A stretch of DNA of 64,000 nucleotides from Candidatus Sulfobium sp. (GTDB lineage Bacteria; Nitrospirota; Thermodesulfovibrionia; Thermodesulfovibrionales; UBA6898): positions 36,531-100,530 of the forward strand of contig JARRRI010000003.1 in assembly GCA_037380845.1 (NCBI GenBank), written 5' to 3'. Positions 1-9,195 of this stretch are shown piece after piece. Within the stretch, counting starts at the first letter, position 1; every line of letters begins with the position of its first letter. Under the pieces are notes generated by a model. It was given only the letters and a program-made list of their open reading frames with translations. It was not told the DNA's origin and did no database searches. Made by a program: the position numbers and the translations under genes.

Positions 1-1908
1 TTCGTCGGTATAGGATACCCTGAGCATGACCAGCCGGGGTGAGTCGGGATCCCTGCCGACCGGGATATTCTCTATGAGACCGACTTTCTGGATCGTTCGT
101 CCCTTTCCCCCGAACCAGCGTGATGCCGCAAAAAAATCGGGAAGTATATCCTCGAACCTGGCCCTGGCCCTCCCGGTGAGAACAGCCGTCCAGCTCTTCT
201 TTACGCTCATTTCGGGAAAGACACGCTCTTCAGCGGCGACTGCCGTCTCCTCTTCCTTCTGGAAAATGAACCAGTAGTAATCGTAGAAACCCAGGGTCAG
301 CACATACGGCGTCTCCTTTATGACAGGGAACCTGTTCTTGCTAAAGACCTCCACAGGGACGCACCCTGCATGGGCCGAAAGGTCGAACGTCGCTACCTGG
401 GAAAAACGCGACAGATTGATCACCACCATGATCGTCTCGCCCCTGTAATGGCGGGTAAAGGCCAGGATCTTGGGATTGTCCGAACTGAGAAAAATGAGGT
501 TGCCGCGGCTAAATGGCTTCAGCCTCTTCCTCATGGCTATCACCCGCTTCATCCACCAGAGAAGCGAGTAAGGGCTCCGCTCGTAGTTTTCGACATTAAC
601 CGCCTCAAAGTGGTATTCCGGATCGATAATTACCGGCAGGAAAAGGCGCTGGGGGTTGGCCTTCGAAAAGCCGGCATTCCTGTCGGAACTCCACTGCATA
701 GGGGTCCGGACGCCGTTTCTGTCGCCGAGGTAAAAGTTATCTCCCATCCCGATCTCGTCACCGTAATAGATGATGGGGGTGCCCGGAAGGGAGAAGAGAA
801 GGATGTTCATGATCTCGATCTTCCTTCGGCTGTTTCCAACGAGAGGCGCCAGCCTCCGGCGGATGCCGAGGTTTATCCGTGTGCGCGGGTCCCGTGCGTA
901 CACCCGGTACATGTAATCGCGCTCCTCGTCGGTGACCATCTCAAGGGTCAGCTCGTCGTGGTTGCGAAGAAAAAGCGCCCACTGACAGGACTCCGGTATA
1001 TCCGGCGTCTGGTCCAGTATGTCCATGATCGGGAACCTGTCTTCCATCTGGAGGGCCATGAATATCCTCGGCATAAGGGGGAAGTGGAATGCCATGTGGC
1101 ATTCATCGGACTCGCCGAAATATGCCGCGGCGTCCTCGGGCCACTGGTTGGCCTCTCCCAGAAGCATCCTGCATTTGAATTTCTTCTCCATGTGCTCCCT
1201 GAGCCTCTTCAGAAAGTCGTGGGTCTCCGGCAGGTTCTCGCAGTTGGTCCTCTCCCTCTCGAAGAGGTACGGGACCGCGTCTATGCGCAGGCCGTCCACT
1301 CCTATTCCCATCCAGTTGTCCACCACCTTCATCATCGATCTCTGCACGGCGGGGTTATCGTAATTCAGGTCCGGCTGGTGGGAATAGAAGCGGTGCCAGA
1401 AATATGCCTTCGCAACCGGATCCCAGGCCCAGTTGGAGGTCTCGAAGTCCTTGAATATGATCCTGGCATCGGGGTACCTCTCGGGGGTCTCACTCCAGAC
1501 ATAATAGTCACGGTGGACCGAACCGGGCTTGGACTTCCTCGCCCGCTGGAACCACGGGTGCTGGTCGGATGTGTGGTTCAGGACGAGCTCCGTGATCACG
1601 CGTATCCCTCGTTTGTGGGCCTGCCTCAGGAACTCCTTGAAGTCCCTGAGGTCGCCGTAGTCGGGGTTGACGCTGAAATAGTAGGCGATGTCGTAGCCGT
1701 CGTCCTTGAGGGGTGAAGGGTAAAACGGCAGGAGCCAGATCGCCGTCACCCCCAGCTCCTCCAGATAGTCGAGCTTCTCTATAAGCCCCCGGAAGTCCCC
1801 TATGCCGTCTCCGTTACTGTCGAAGAAGGACTTTACGTGCAGCTCATAGATCACAGCGTCTTTATACCAGAGCGGATCGTCCTCGAAGCATTTGTCTTTA
1901 GGCGTCAT
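1..1908 (-). CDS. treS: Trehalose synthase (maltose alpha-D-glucosyltransferase) fused to a maltokinase-like C-terminal domain; runs off the left edge
   Basis: Translated by hand (absent from ORF track because truncated): MTPKDKCFEDDPLWYKDAVIYELHVKSFFDSNGDGIGDFRGL...LNHTSDQHPWFQ; near the edge SRWFGGKGR, typical of the Pep2/maltokinase N-terminus. Confidence 0.93.
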   Translation of the reverse strand, partial: MTPKDKCFEDDPLWYKDAVIYELHVKSFFDSNGDGIGDFRGLIEKLDYLEELGVTAIWLLPFYPSPLKDDGYDIAYYFSVNPDYGDLRDFKEFLRQAHKRGIRVITELVLNHTSDQHPWFQRARKSKPGSVHRDYYVWSETPERYPDARIIFKDFETSNWAWDPVAKAYFWHRFYSHQPDLNYDNPAVQRSMMKVVDNWMGIGVDGLRIDAVPYLFERERTNCENLPETHDFLKRLREHMEKKFKCRMLLGEANQWPEDAAAYFGESDECHMAFHFPLMPRIFMALQMEDRFPIMDILDQTPDIPESCQWALFLRNHDELTLEMVTDEERDYMYRVYARDPRTRINLGIRRRLAPLVGNSRRKIEIMNILLFSLPGTPIIYYGDEIGMGDNFYLGDRNGVRTPMQWSSDRNAGFSKANPQRLFLPVIIDPEYHFEAVNVENYERSPYSLLWWMKRVIAMRKRLKPFSRGNLIFLSSDNPKILAFTRHYRGETIMVVINLSRFSQVATFDLSAHAGCVPVEVFSKNRFPVIKETPYVLTLGFYDYYWFIFQKEEETAVAAEERVFPEMSVKKSWTAVLTGRARARFEDILPDFFAASRWFGGKGRTIQKVGLIENIPVGRDPDSPRLVMLRVSYTDE

Positions 1909-2089
1909 ATCAGATCTTTCTCCTCAGCGCATGAGGGACTATTCATTGACCCGGAAACGCTTATAGATCGTCATTCCCGAGGTAATAGCCGGAATCCATT
2001 CTTCTTAGAGGGACCTGGATACCCGCCTTCGCGGGTATGACGGCAAACGGGTTTACTAACGGACTCCATTTAAACAAGTCTCTCTCCTC

Positions 2090-4093
2090 TCACATGAAAT
2101 AATCGAAATCCTGTTCCCGGCGGAGGCGCCGGCGCACACGGAATATGCGGGCCGGAAGAAAACCGGGATCGAGTTCCACAGAATTCCACTCCTCCTGCCA
2201 GATGTACTTGTCTTCGCTCAGAACCTCATGGACGAGATAGGGCCGGCCCGGTTCTATTCCCATCGTCTTCAGAGGCACCTGTATCCTGCAAGCCTGCTTA
2301 TGGAAAGGATCGAGGTTCACGACGATAAGGACTATGTTAGTCATGTCGGCGTCCATCTTCCCGTAAAATATGACGTTCTCGTTGTCCGCCTCGTAAAAAG
2401 TGAGGTTGTTCGTGGTCTGGAGGGCCGGGTTCTCGCGCCTGATCCGGTTGACGGCGGTGACAAAGTCCCGCAGGCTTTCCGGCTTGCCCCATTCCCAGTG
2501 CTTTATCTCGTACTTTTCGGAGCCGCTGTACTCCTCGCGGCCCGGGAATGCCTCGCTTACCGCCTGCTCATAGACCGGCCCGTAGATCCCGTAATTGGAA
2601 GACAGGGTGGCGGCGAGGATCAGACGTATCAGAAAGGCCGGACGGCCCCCGTACTGAAGATACTCGTGCAGGATGTCCGGCGTGTTGGGCCAGAAATTGG
2701 GCCGGAAGTATTCCCTTACCTCAGAGTCCGTCAGTTCCATGAGGTAGCCGGCAATCTCCCTTTTACTGTTGCGCCAGGTAAAATAGGTATAGGACTGCGT
2801 AAAACCGATCTTCGCCAGCCTGTACATCACCTTCGGCCTCGTGAATGCCTCGGACAAGAAGATCACGTCCGGGTGGGCCTTTTTTACCTCCCTTATAAGC
2901 CACTGCCAGAACGCGAAGGGCTTGGTGTGGGGATTGTCGACCCTGAATATCCTGATGCCCTTTTCCACCCAGAAGAGAACGACCTCCTTCAGTTCCTGCC
3001 AGAGGTTCTCCCAGTCTTCGGTCTCGAAGTCGAAAGGCACGATGTCCTCGTACTTCTTGGGAGGGTTTTCGGCGAACTGGATCGTCCCGTCAGGCCGCCA
3101 CCTGAACCATTCGGGGTGCTCCTTCACATAGGGATGATCGGGAGAGCACTGGAAGGCCAGGTCTATCGACACCTCCATATTCCTCTCACCGGCAAGCCTG
3201 ACGAACCGCTCGAAGTCCTCCATCGTCCCCAGGGCGGGATGAATCGCCTTGTGGCCGCCTTCGTGAGAGCCGATTGCCCAGGGACTGCCGGGGTCTTCGG
3301 GACCGGCGGTGGCCGTGTTGTCCTTTCCTTTCCTGTTCGTACTCCCGATGGGATGGACGGGCGGGAAATAGATGACGTCAAAACCCATGTGTGCGATAAC
3401 CGGCAGCAGCCGCTCACACTCACTGAAGGTTCCATGCCCGCGCTGTTCCAGGCCGCAGGACCGCGGAAATATTTCGTACCAGGCACTGAAAAGCGCCTTC
3501 TTCCTGTCGACGACCAGTGGGAGCTCCCTCGGATAAGTCCCGGCCGACTTCCTGTCCGGATACTTCTCCATCACCGCCGAAAGTTCCTCGCTGGTGGCAA
3601 TGGAGAACGCCCGGACCACGTCCCTCTCCTTTTCCTCCCTAATTGCCTGGGCAAAGGCCGTCAACTTCTTCGCGTCCTCCCCGGCTGCATTTAGTGCGGC
3701 ACGTTCTATCAGGTCCGAACCGATAAGAAGTTCCTGCCCGACTTCCGTTCCGGCCTCATATTTCTTGCGCAGGTCCTTCTGCCAGGTGAGAAAATGGTCC
3801 ACCCATCCCTGCAGGGTATAATAATGTACGCCCATTTGCTCAACCTTAAACTCTCCCCTCCACCTGTCGTTGCCGAGGGGGGACATGGGTGCTTCCCTCC
3901 ATTCGGTTTCAGAATCGGCGCGGAAGAGGAGCGCAGCCGAAATATCGTCGTGCCCGTCGGCGAAGATATCGGCCTCCACCACAAGTGTTTCTCCAACTAC
4001 TCTCTTGACGGCGAAATCCCCGGCATCGATCTCCGGAGAAACCGCCCCGATTACGACCCTTTTCCTGCCGTCAAAGTCCGTCATGGTTTTCAC
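2090..4093 (-). CDS. glgE: alpha-1,4-glucan:maltose-1-phosphate maltosyltransferase (likely ATG at 4084)
   Basis: WYEIFPRS, GSPWAIG, AENPPKKYEDI, FRVDNPHTKP, FLSEAFTRP, NTPDIL motifs; adjacent to treS. Confidence 0.96.
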   Translation of the reverse strand: MKTMTDFDGRKRVVIGAVSPEIDAGDFAVKRVVGETLVVEADIFADGHDDISAALLFRADSETEWREAPMSPLGNDRWRGEFKVEQMGVHYYTLQGWVDHFLTWQKDLRKKYEAGTEVGQELLIGSDLIERAALNAAGEDAKKLTAFAQAIREEKERDVVRAFSIATSEELSAVMEKYPDRKSAGTYPRELPLVVDRKKALFSAWYEIFPRSCGLEQRGHGTFSECERLLPVIAHMGFDVIYFPPVHPIGSTNRKGKDNTATAGPEDPGSPWAIGSHEGGHKAIHPALGTMEDFERFVRLAGERNMEVSIDLAFQCSPDHPYVKEHPEWFRWRPDGTIQFAENPPKKYEDIVPFDFETEDWENLWQELKEVVLFWVEKGIRIFRVDNPHTKPFAFWQWLIREVKKAHPDVIFLSEAFTRPKVMYRLAKIGFTQSYTYFTWRNSKREIAGYLMELTDSEVREYFRPNFWPNTPDILHEYLQYGGRPAFLIRLILAATLSSNYGIYGPVYEQAVSEAFPGREEYSGSEKYEIKHWEWGKPESLRDFVTAVNRIRRENPALQTTNNLTFYEADNENVIFYGKMDADMTNIVLIVVNLDPFHKQACRIQVPLKTMGIEPGRPYLVHEVLSEDKYIWQEEWNSVELDPGFLPARIFRVRRRLRREQDFDYFM

Positions 4094-4366
4094 TCTTAAT
4101 GTTTAAATATTAATTCCCTAATTACCGAATCCTTCCGGACAGAGCGCCCCTTACATCCTCCCTTGAGGGGAGCGAATGAAAGAGAGGTTTAAAAATCAGG
4201 GATCTTCCGGTGAAAAAAGAATTTCCGGCTCATGGAATAATGTTAGCAAAAAAGGGAACGGGTCTCAAACGGACGACCGCAACCGTATTCGAACTGAAGA
4301 TCCCCGGTACCATCATCGTTCCGTCGCCGAAAGGCCTACGACCGTCTGATCATCTGCAGGAGGGTT

Positions 4367-4395
4367 TGGGGGATGGCGTAAGATTCCATCCCCCA
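4367..4395. terminator. GC-rich hairpin downstream of the 822-aa gene; possible terminator
   Basis: TGGGGGATGG...CCATCCCCCA inverted repeat; no clear U-tract. Confidence 0.4.
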
Positions 4396-4417
4396 GGGTA
4401 CTCAGCTGTGTGTTTCT

Positions 4418-6886
4418 TTAGAGCGTGCAGCCAATATTGTTCCAGACAGTCAACTGGCTTTGTAAGGCGTTCAGCGCTGCGTCACCACCTGCAACTGCAT
4501 CGTACCACATTGTCACGAGAGCTGCGAGCGACTCGGCAGGATAGGCAGCCGGGAAGGACGACTCGTTCAGATATGCCGCTATCATTTCACGTGCCGCGCT
4601 TCTGGCGCTGTCGCTGGGCAGGCTGCTGATCACTTCGAACATGGTCAGGCCGTCAAGTCTCGGATCCGTCACAATATTGAAGAAGTCGTTGAAGAGTGTG
4701 CTAAGGATAAACGGATTTGTTCCCTCACCGGTCCAGTCCGGATCAGGAGGACCCTCGTCCCACATTGAAGCGCCGCCTGCCGCCCAGAAGCCGGGTGTGC
4801 ATCCTTCCTCGGGTATAACTTCTTCGCTGCAGTGACCAGGACCGATGTAACCGTTGTTGTAAGCATCGAGTGCTTCGGCGAGCGAGATAAATTGGCCGCG
4901 CAACTCCCTGCCATTCTTGCCTTTTAAAGCAGCTACCTCTGTAGGCGTGTATGTGCTAAAGAGCGCTGTAGCCGCGTCATAGGCTGCCTGAGCTACAACA
5001 CTGGGATCGGCTCCATTCAGGAAGTTCAACTCGGAGGAAATGTAAGCGTGTGCCAGGATGTAGTAAGCGTTGCCGCCGCTCGGGTTGGTCCACAACACCT
5101 CGTAGTAAGTCTGACCGCTCTGGAAGAACTGTGTGTCTGCGCCATTCTCTAACAGTGCCCAAGTGTCGTCGTACGGACCGGGTCCATATTCTGAGTGTGT
5201 CTTCCAGTAACCGGGTGTCAGCGTGCATCCACCTGTGCACGGGACGTTTACAGTGATTGTCCAGTCATCGCTTCCGGTCGTGCCCGTGTCGTTAGTAACG
5301 AAGGAGGCTGTGTTATCAACGGTATAGGTACCACAGATAGCATAGGGGCCGATATTCCGGCTGTAATTAAACGTAGCGGGTCCGCTGGCTGTGCATACCG
5401 TGCCGAGAGCACCTGCGTAAGTATCGCTGACATCAGTGCACTCGTCAAGCTCGCTGATTGCTGCAGAACTGAAATCAACTGCTGCTGTGCCTTGATAACC
5501 CTCCGTGCCGTCATTCTCCACAAACGCGGTGGCGGTATTCGTGCGATAAGAGCCATCCGGCAAAGCGACTTGGTAGCTGCAGACGAGACTACCTCCTGCC
5601 GAAAGCTCATATGGGAAAATGGCTCCGCAATCCACCGTAGCCGGGATGCCCGGTGACACGGTATCCGTAATATTGCCAAGTGTAATAGTAAACGGATTAG
5701 GGTTGTTCACAACAATACTACCGCTCACAGCCCACTCGCTATCCGTATAAGTTGAATCTACCCGCACAGTATAGTTCACCGGGAACTGCTGACCCGTCGA
5801 AAGAGTCAGGGTACTCTGGTCGGCAGATTTGTGGATAGTCCAGTTGTGAGTGCGCGTGAAGGAAGTGCTGGCATCCTTGTAAACTTCTGGGGGAAGAACT
5901 GCGGCCGTCCCATAAGCGGCAAAGGCCAAAAGAAGCTCTTTGTCCTTCTTCACTTCCTTGACGCCTATCTCCCTGAGAGGGATCGTAAAATCATATACCT
6001 TATGCTGATAGGCAACTTTATCGGTATAGGTGAAATCGGGTCTGCCCCATCTGATTTCAGGGACCGAGACCCTGAACTCCTTGAGCCCTTCTTCCGTCTT
6101 CACGTATACCTTGGAGTAATCCTTGTTGCCATCCATTGTGTCATCAGGGGTAAAGTCTATGGTGACATAAAGGTTCTTATCGTCGTTCCTTACCCATCCG
6201 TATGTAAAACCCGAGGGATGTCCCGAGCCTGTTACCGAATATTCCTTAAAGAAAGGATTTTCAGTCATGTCCGGTCGGCCAATTTTCCCTGGGGTGGTTC
6301 CAACAGCCTTAAGGCTGTAAGGGTAAAACTCCGAGGCCCCGGTAATCTTTTTATAAACGTTCGAAGGCGGGAACTGAAAGGGTGTCTTGCTGATTTTGGT
6401 GCCTTCCACCCTTGCGGTGAGGCTCAAGACCTTGGTGTTACCTTTACCGGGAAATGCCAGCTCTATGCTCCTATGAAACGCATCGACTACATCGAAGTCT
6501 TTCCTTGAGACCTTCTTCAGTGCGAGGACGTCGTCCGTACCTTTCACGTCAGCCGGGGGCCTATTTCCAAGAAGAACAGCATCGATATGGGCTGCTCCTC
6601 CTCCCTTCTGCACAAGCCTTACCTTGACATTCTCATCACCTGACACATATTTGTTCAGGTCCATCTCCTTTTGGCGGAAATATTTATCAAAGGACAGTTT
6701 GCCGGCTTCCTGCCACACATCGTCCTTTAACACGTAGACTACATAATCCCCTGCCGGATTCAATCCCTCAACGTGGATACTCAAAGGGACTGGTTGGTTT
6801 ACTTTCGGCGCTGCCAGTGCCCGTAAAGGCCCGGCAAGCACCGCTAAAAACACAACAAAACTTATAATGACTCTCCGCTTATTCAT
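4418..6886 (-). CDS. Large secreted multidomain protein, function unknown
   Basis: Signal peptide ([25 protein letters not shown]); Lys-rich N-domain, Thr/Ser/Cys-rich beta-type middle, two C-terminal modules starting GCTLTPGYW and GCTPGFW. Confidence 0.8.
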   Translation of the reverse strand: MNKRRVIISFVVFLAVLAGPLRALAAPKVNQPVPLSIHVEGLNPAGDYVVYVLKDDVWQEAGKLSFDKYFRQKEMDLNKYVSGDENVKVRLVQKGGGAAHIDAVLLGNRPPADVKGTDDVLALKKVSRKDFDVVDAFHRSIELAFPGKGNTKVLSLTARVEGTKISKTPFQFPPSNVYKKITGASEFYPYSLKAVGTTPGKIGRPDMTENPFFKEYSVTGSGHPSGFTYGWVRNDDKNLYVTIDFTPDDTMDGNKDYSKVYVKTEEGLKEFRVSVPEIRWGRPDFTYTDKVAYQHKVYDFTIPLREIGVKEVKKDKELLLAFAAYGTAAVLPPEVYKDASTSFTRTHNWTIHKSADQSTLTLSTGQQFPVNYTVRVDSTYTDSEWAVSGSIVVNNPNPFTITLGNITDTVSPGIPATVDCGAIFPYELSAGGSLVCSYQVALPDGSYRTNTATAFVENDGTEGYQGTAAVDFSSAAISELDECTDVSDTYAGALGTVCTASGPATFNYSRNIGPYAICGTYTVDNTASFVTNDTGTTGSDDWTITVNVPCTGGCTLTPGYWKTHSEYGPGPYDDTWALLENGADTQFFQSGQTYYEVLWTNPSGGNAYYILAHAYISSELNFLNGADPSVVAQAAYDAATALFSTYTPTEVAALKGKNGRELRGQFISLAEALDAYNNGYIGPGHCSEEVIPEEGCTPGFWAAGGASMWDEGPPDPDWTGEGTNPFILSTLFNDFFNIVTDPRLDGLTMFEVISSLPSDSARSAAREMIAAYLNESSFPAAYPAESLAALVTMWYDAVAGGDAALNALQSQLTVWNNIGCTL

Positions 6887-7447
6887 CTCTGTTCCCCCAT
6901 TTCCTTGCCCTTATCTTCCTTACTGAAGAAAGAGCACAGTTTATTCCCCTCCTCAAAAACGTCACTGGGAGTGGCCTGGCGAGCCGCCTTTAACTCCACC
7001 ACCGTAACCTCGATTCTTCACACCCTTTCTGAGAAATCTGCTGTCGTTCCGGGTAGTGGTGCAGGAATCTGGAATCTTAGTGGACGGATTCTTTGGTTTT
7101 TTGCACACCTCCTTCAGAGTCGTGTCACTTGTATACCGGCCTTTACAGGACCCCTATGACGAAATAAATAATTCGAGAAGCATCAATCACAAGAGGTGAA
7201 CTGCAGGGCTCAACTATCCTTTACCTCGCTCCCCCGGCCGAAAGTTACTCTTTACTGTATCCCTTTACGGAACAGCTCACAATGACAATTGTTGCTTTTT
7301 TTGCGGCAAATATTGTGTTTGCCGGCAAGGACAGTCATAATGATTCGGGGTGAAATCTGCGTCGGTCAGCTGTAGGCTGTGTGTGCGTCTTCCTCTCTCG
7401 GGGACGTAATTTCTTTTATTTGCCGTCCTGGCCTTTCCTCATTAAGG

Positions 7448-7732
7448 TCACTCAATAAACGTAAGTCCTGCCTTACAGAAGTTCTGCTGAAAGTCCTTGA
7501 CCCATCGGATAATTGCCTTCTGCGAGAACAATGACAGTTCTTTTTTGATAATTATGCGGCCGCCTTCTCTGAGCCGAGCGGAAGTGACAACACACATTCC
7601 GGAATCGCTCACGTTTAAGGACGCGCCGATGTGCATCTTCTGGAACTCATCACGGTCAAAGCAAAACTCTATACTGTTCAGAGATACATGCCGCGGACAG
7701 GTTCTTCGCTCGGTTCCGTCTGGAGATGGCAT
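7448..7732 (-). CDS. Stand-alone PilZ domain protein (c-di-GMP receptor)
   Basis: RxxxR (ERRTCPR) and D/NxSxxG (NVSDSG) motifs; C-terminal GLTF. Confidence 0.8.
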   Translation of the reverse strand: MPSPDGTERRTCPRHVSLNSIEFCFDRDEFQKMHIGASLNVSDSGMCVVTSARLREGGRIIIKKELSLFSQKAIIRWVKDFQQNFCKAGLTFIE

Positions 7733-8159
7733 TCCGCCCCTTTCTTTTTCTCACTTTAGGACAAGGCAAGATGGATGTCAATCGAAGGGAATTATTGCTT
7801 TATGAACGCAAAATTCAGGGAAGAAGACTGTGAGCATTGGACCAGCGAATGGCCACCACGAAGTATTCCCCTGAAACACCTCTAAGTTGTCCCAGCGGAA
7901 AGTCCGAGGGGCCAGCCTGTTGACATGGGACAAGCAGGCTCCGCAGAACCGCGATTCAGCACTGGAAATCGACACTACTGAGGAGACTTCGGAGGTGAGG
8001 GTTGTCAGTCAAAAACCCGATGGATCGGGGTCCAGGTTTAAGAAGCAACATGGATCCGGGGGGATGCTCAGATTTGAATCATACTCGTGTTGTTTTCAAA
8101 TACCTTCCGTGCCGGGTAGAATAAGTAACGACCGTAATTTATATCAGCGAGGTGAACCG

Positions 8160-8735
8160 ATGAAGAGTATTAAGGGAACGAAGACCGAGAAGAACCTGCT
8201 TACTGCATTTGCCGGTGAGTCACAGGCCCGGAACCGGTATACATACTTCGCCTCCCAGGCCAAAAAGGAGGGATACGAGCAGATCGCGGGCTTTTTCCTG
8301 GAAACCGCCGACAACGAAAAGGAGCATGCCAAGCGGCTCTTCAAGTTTCTCGAAGGCGGAGAGGCGGAAGTAATGGCCGCTTTCCCCGCCGGGGTGATAG
8401 GGGATACAGGCGCGAACCTCAAGGCCGCTGCTGCCGGAGAAAGGTACGAGCATTCGATCATGTACCCTGAATTCGGACTTGTCGCCGACAAAGAAGGCTT
8501 CCCGCATATCGCCGCAGTTTTCAGGGCGATCGCGGTTGCAGAGACGCAGCACGAGAAACGCTATCTGGGACTGTTGGCAAACATTGAAAACGCCCGCGTC
8601 TTCAGGCGGGAAGGACCGACGAAGTGGAAATGCCGCAATTGCGGCTATATCCATGAGGGCGACGACACTCCGTCAAAGTGCCCTGCCTGTGACCATCCCC
8701 GGGCCCATTTCGAGCTTTTGGGAGAGAACTGGTAA
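8160..8735 (+). CDS. rbr: Rubrerythrin
   Basis: AFAGESQARNRY, EKEH, ETQH, C-terminal CRNC...CPAC; GAGGTG RBS before ATG 8160. Confidence 0.96.
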   Translation: MKSIKGTKTEKNLLTAFAGESQARNRYTYFASQAKKEGYEQIAGFFLETADNEKEHAKRLFKFLEGGEAEVMAAFPAGVIGDTGANLKAAAAGERYEHSIMYPEFGLVADKEGFPHIAAVFRAIAVAETQHEKRYLGLLANIENARVFRREGPTKWKCRNCGYIHEGDDTPSKCPACDHPRAHFELLGENW

Positions 8736-8940
8736 GGTAAACGGCTGTAACCGGGGGCCAGGTACGTGCAACTTCGGTGAAAGTCTCGCGGCTTGAGTGT
8801 GGGGCCTTTGTCTTATAGAATGAAGTGGAGCGGATAGCTCAGGTACTTCCCGAATCGGTGACCGGGATGTATTATATAACCATGAAAGTACAGTTGACAC
8901 TCAGGGTGACAATCGGGTTATCCTGAAAAGGGAGGAGACG

Positions 8941-9168
8941 ATGACCGAAAGGGATGATAAATTCGATGAAATATCACGTCAGCTCAACGAAAATATACTA
9001 GCAGTGAAGGGTACCCTTGAACTCGTGGATACTTCCGTTACAGAGGACGATCTGCACGCCCTTTTACTGAAGGCAATGCAAAGGATGGACAGCATTCAGA
9101 GGTTATCGGGTGACATGCTCAATGCTTTGCAAAATTGCCTCAACAAGATGGATTCGGGCAATAAATGA
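8941..9168 (+). CDS. Small helical protein resembling a HisKA (DHp) domain without the phospho-His
   Basis: GGAGGAG RBS; TTGACA-18-TATCCT promoter-like sequence upstream; ISRQLNENILAVKGTLEL pattern. Confidence 0.6.
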   Translation: MTERDDKFDEISRQLNENILAVKGTLELVDTSVTEDDLHALLLKAMQRMDSIQRLSGDMLNALQNCLNKMDSGNK

Positions 9169-9195
9169 GAAACAGCCTTTTAATGCAGCCTTGTC

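Noticed and set aside
370..3694. Long + strand ORFs of 448 aa and 488 aa, and similar antisense ORFs at 9886, 15916 and 25585
   Set aside because: Antisense shadows of treS, glgE, malQ, treT and clc; no recognisable motifs
6887..7447. Long leader near a PilZ gene; searched by eye for a c-di-GMP riboswitch
   Set aside because: No GEMM-type core found; only a short CGGCAAA-N7-TTTGCCG palindrome
7722..7740. GGAGATGGCATTCCGCC resembles the 5' end of a fluoride riboswitch
   Set aside because: The 3' elements (AACCGC...GCTRATGA) are missing, and it is the reverse complement of the PilZ gene start
7887..8159. N-terminal extension of rubrerythrin in the ORF track
   Set aside because: RBS and family homology place the start at ATG 8160
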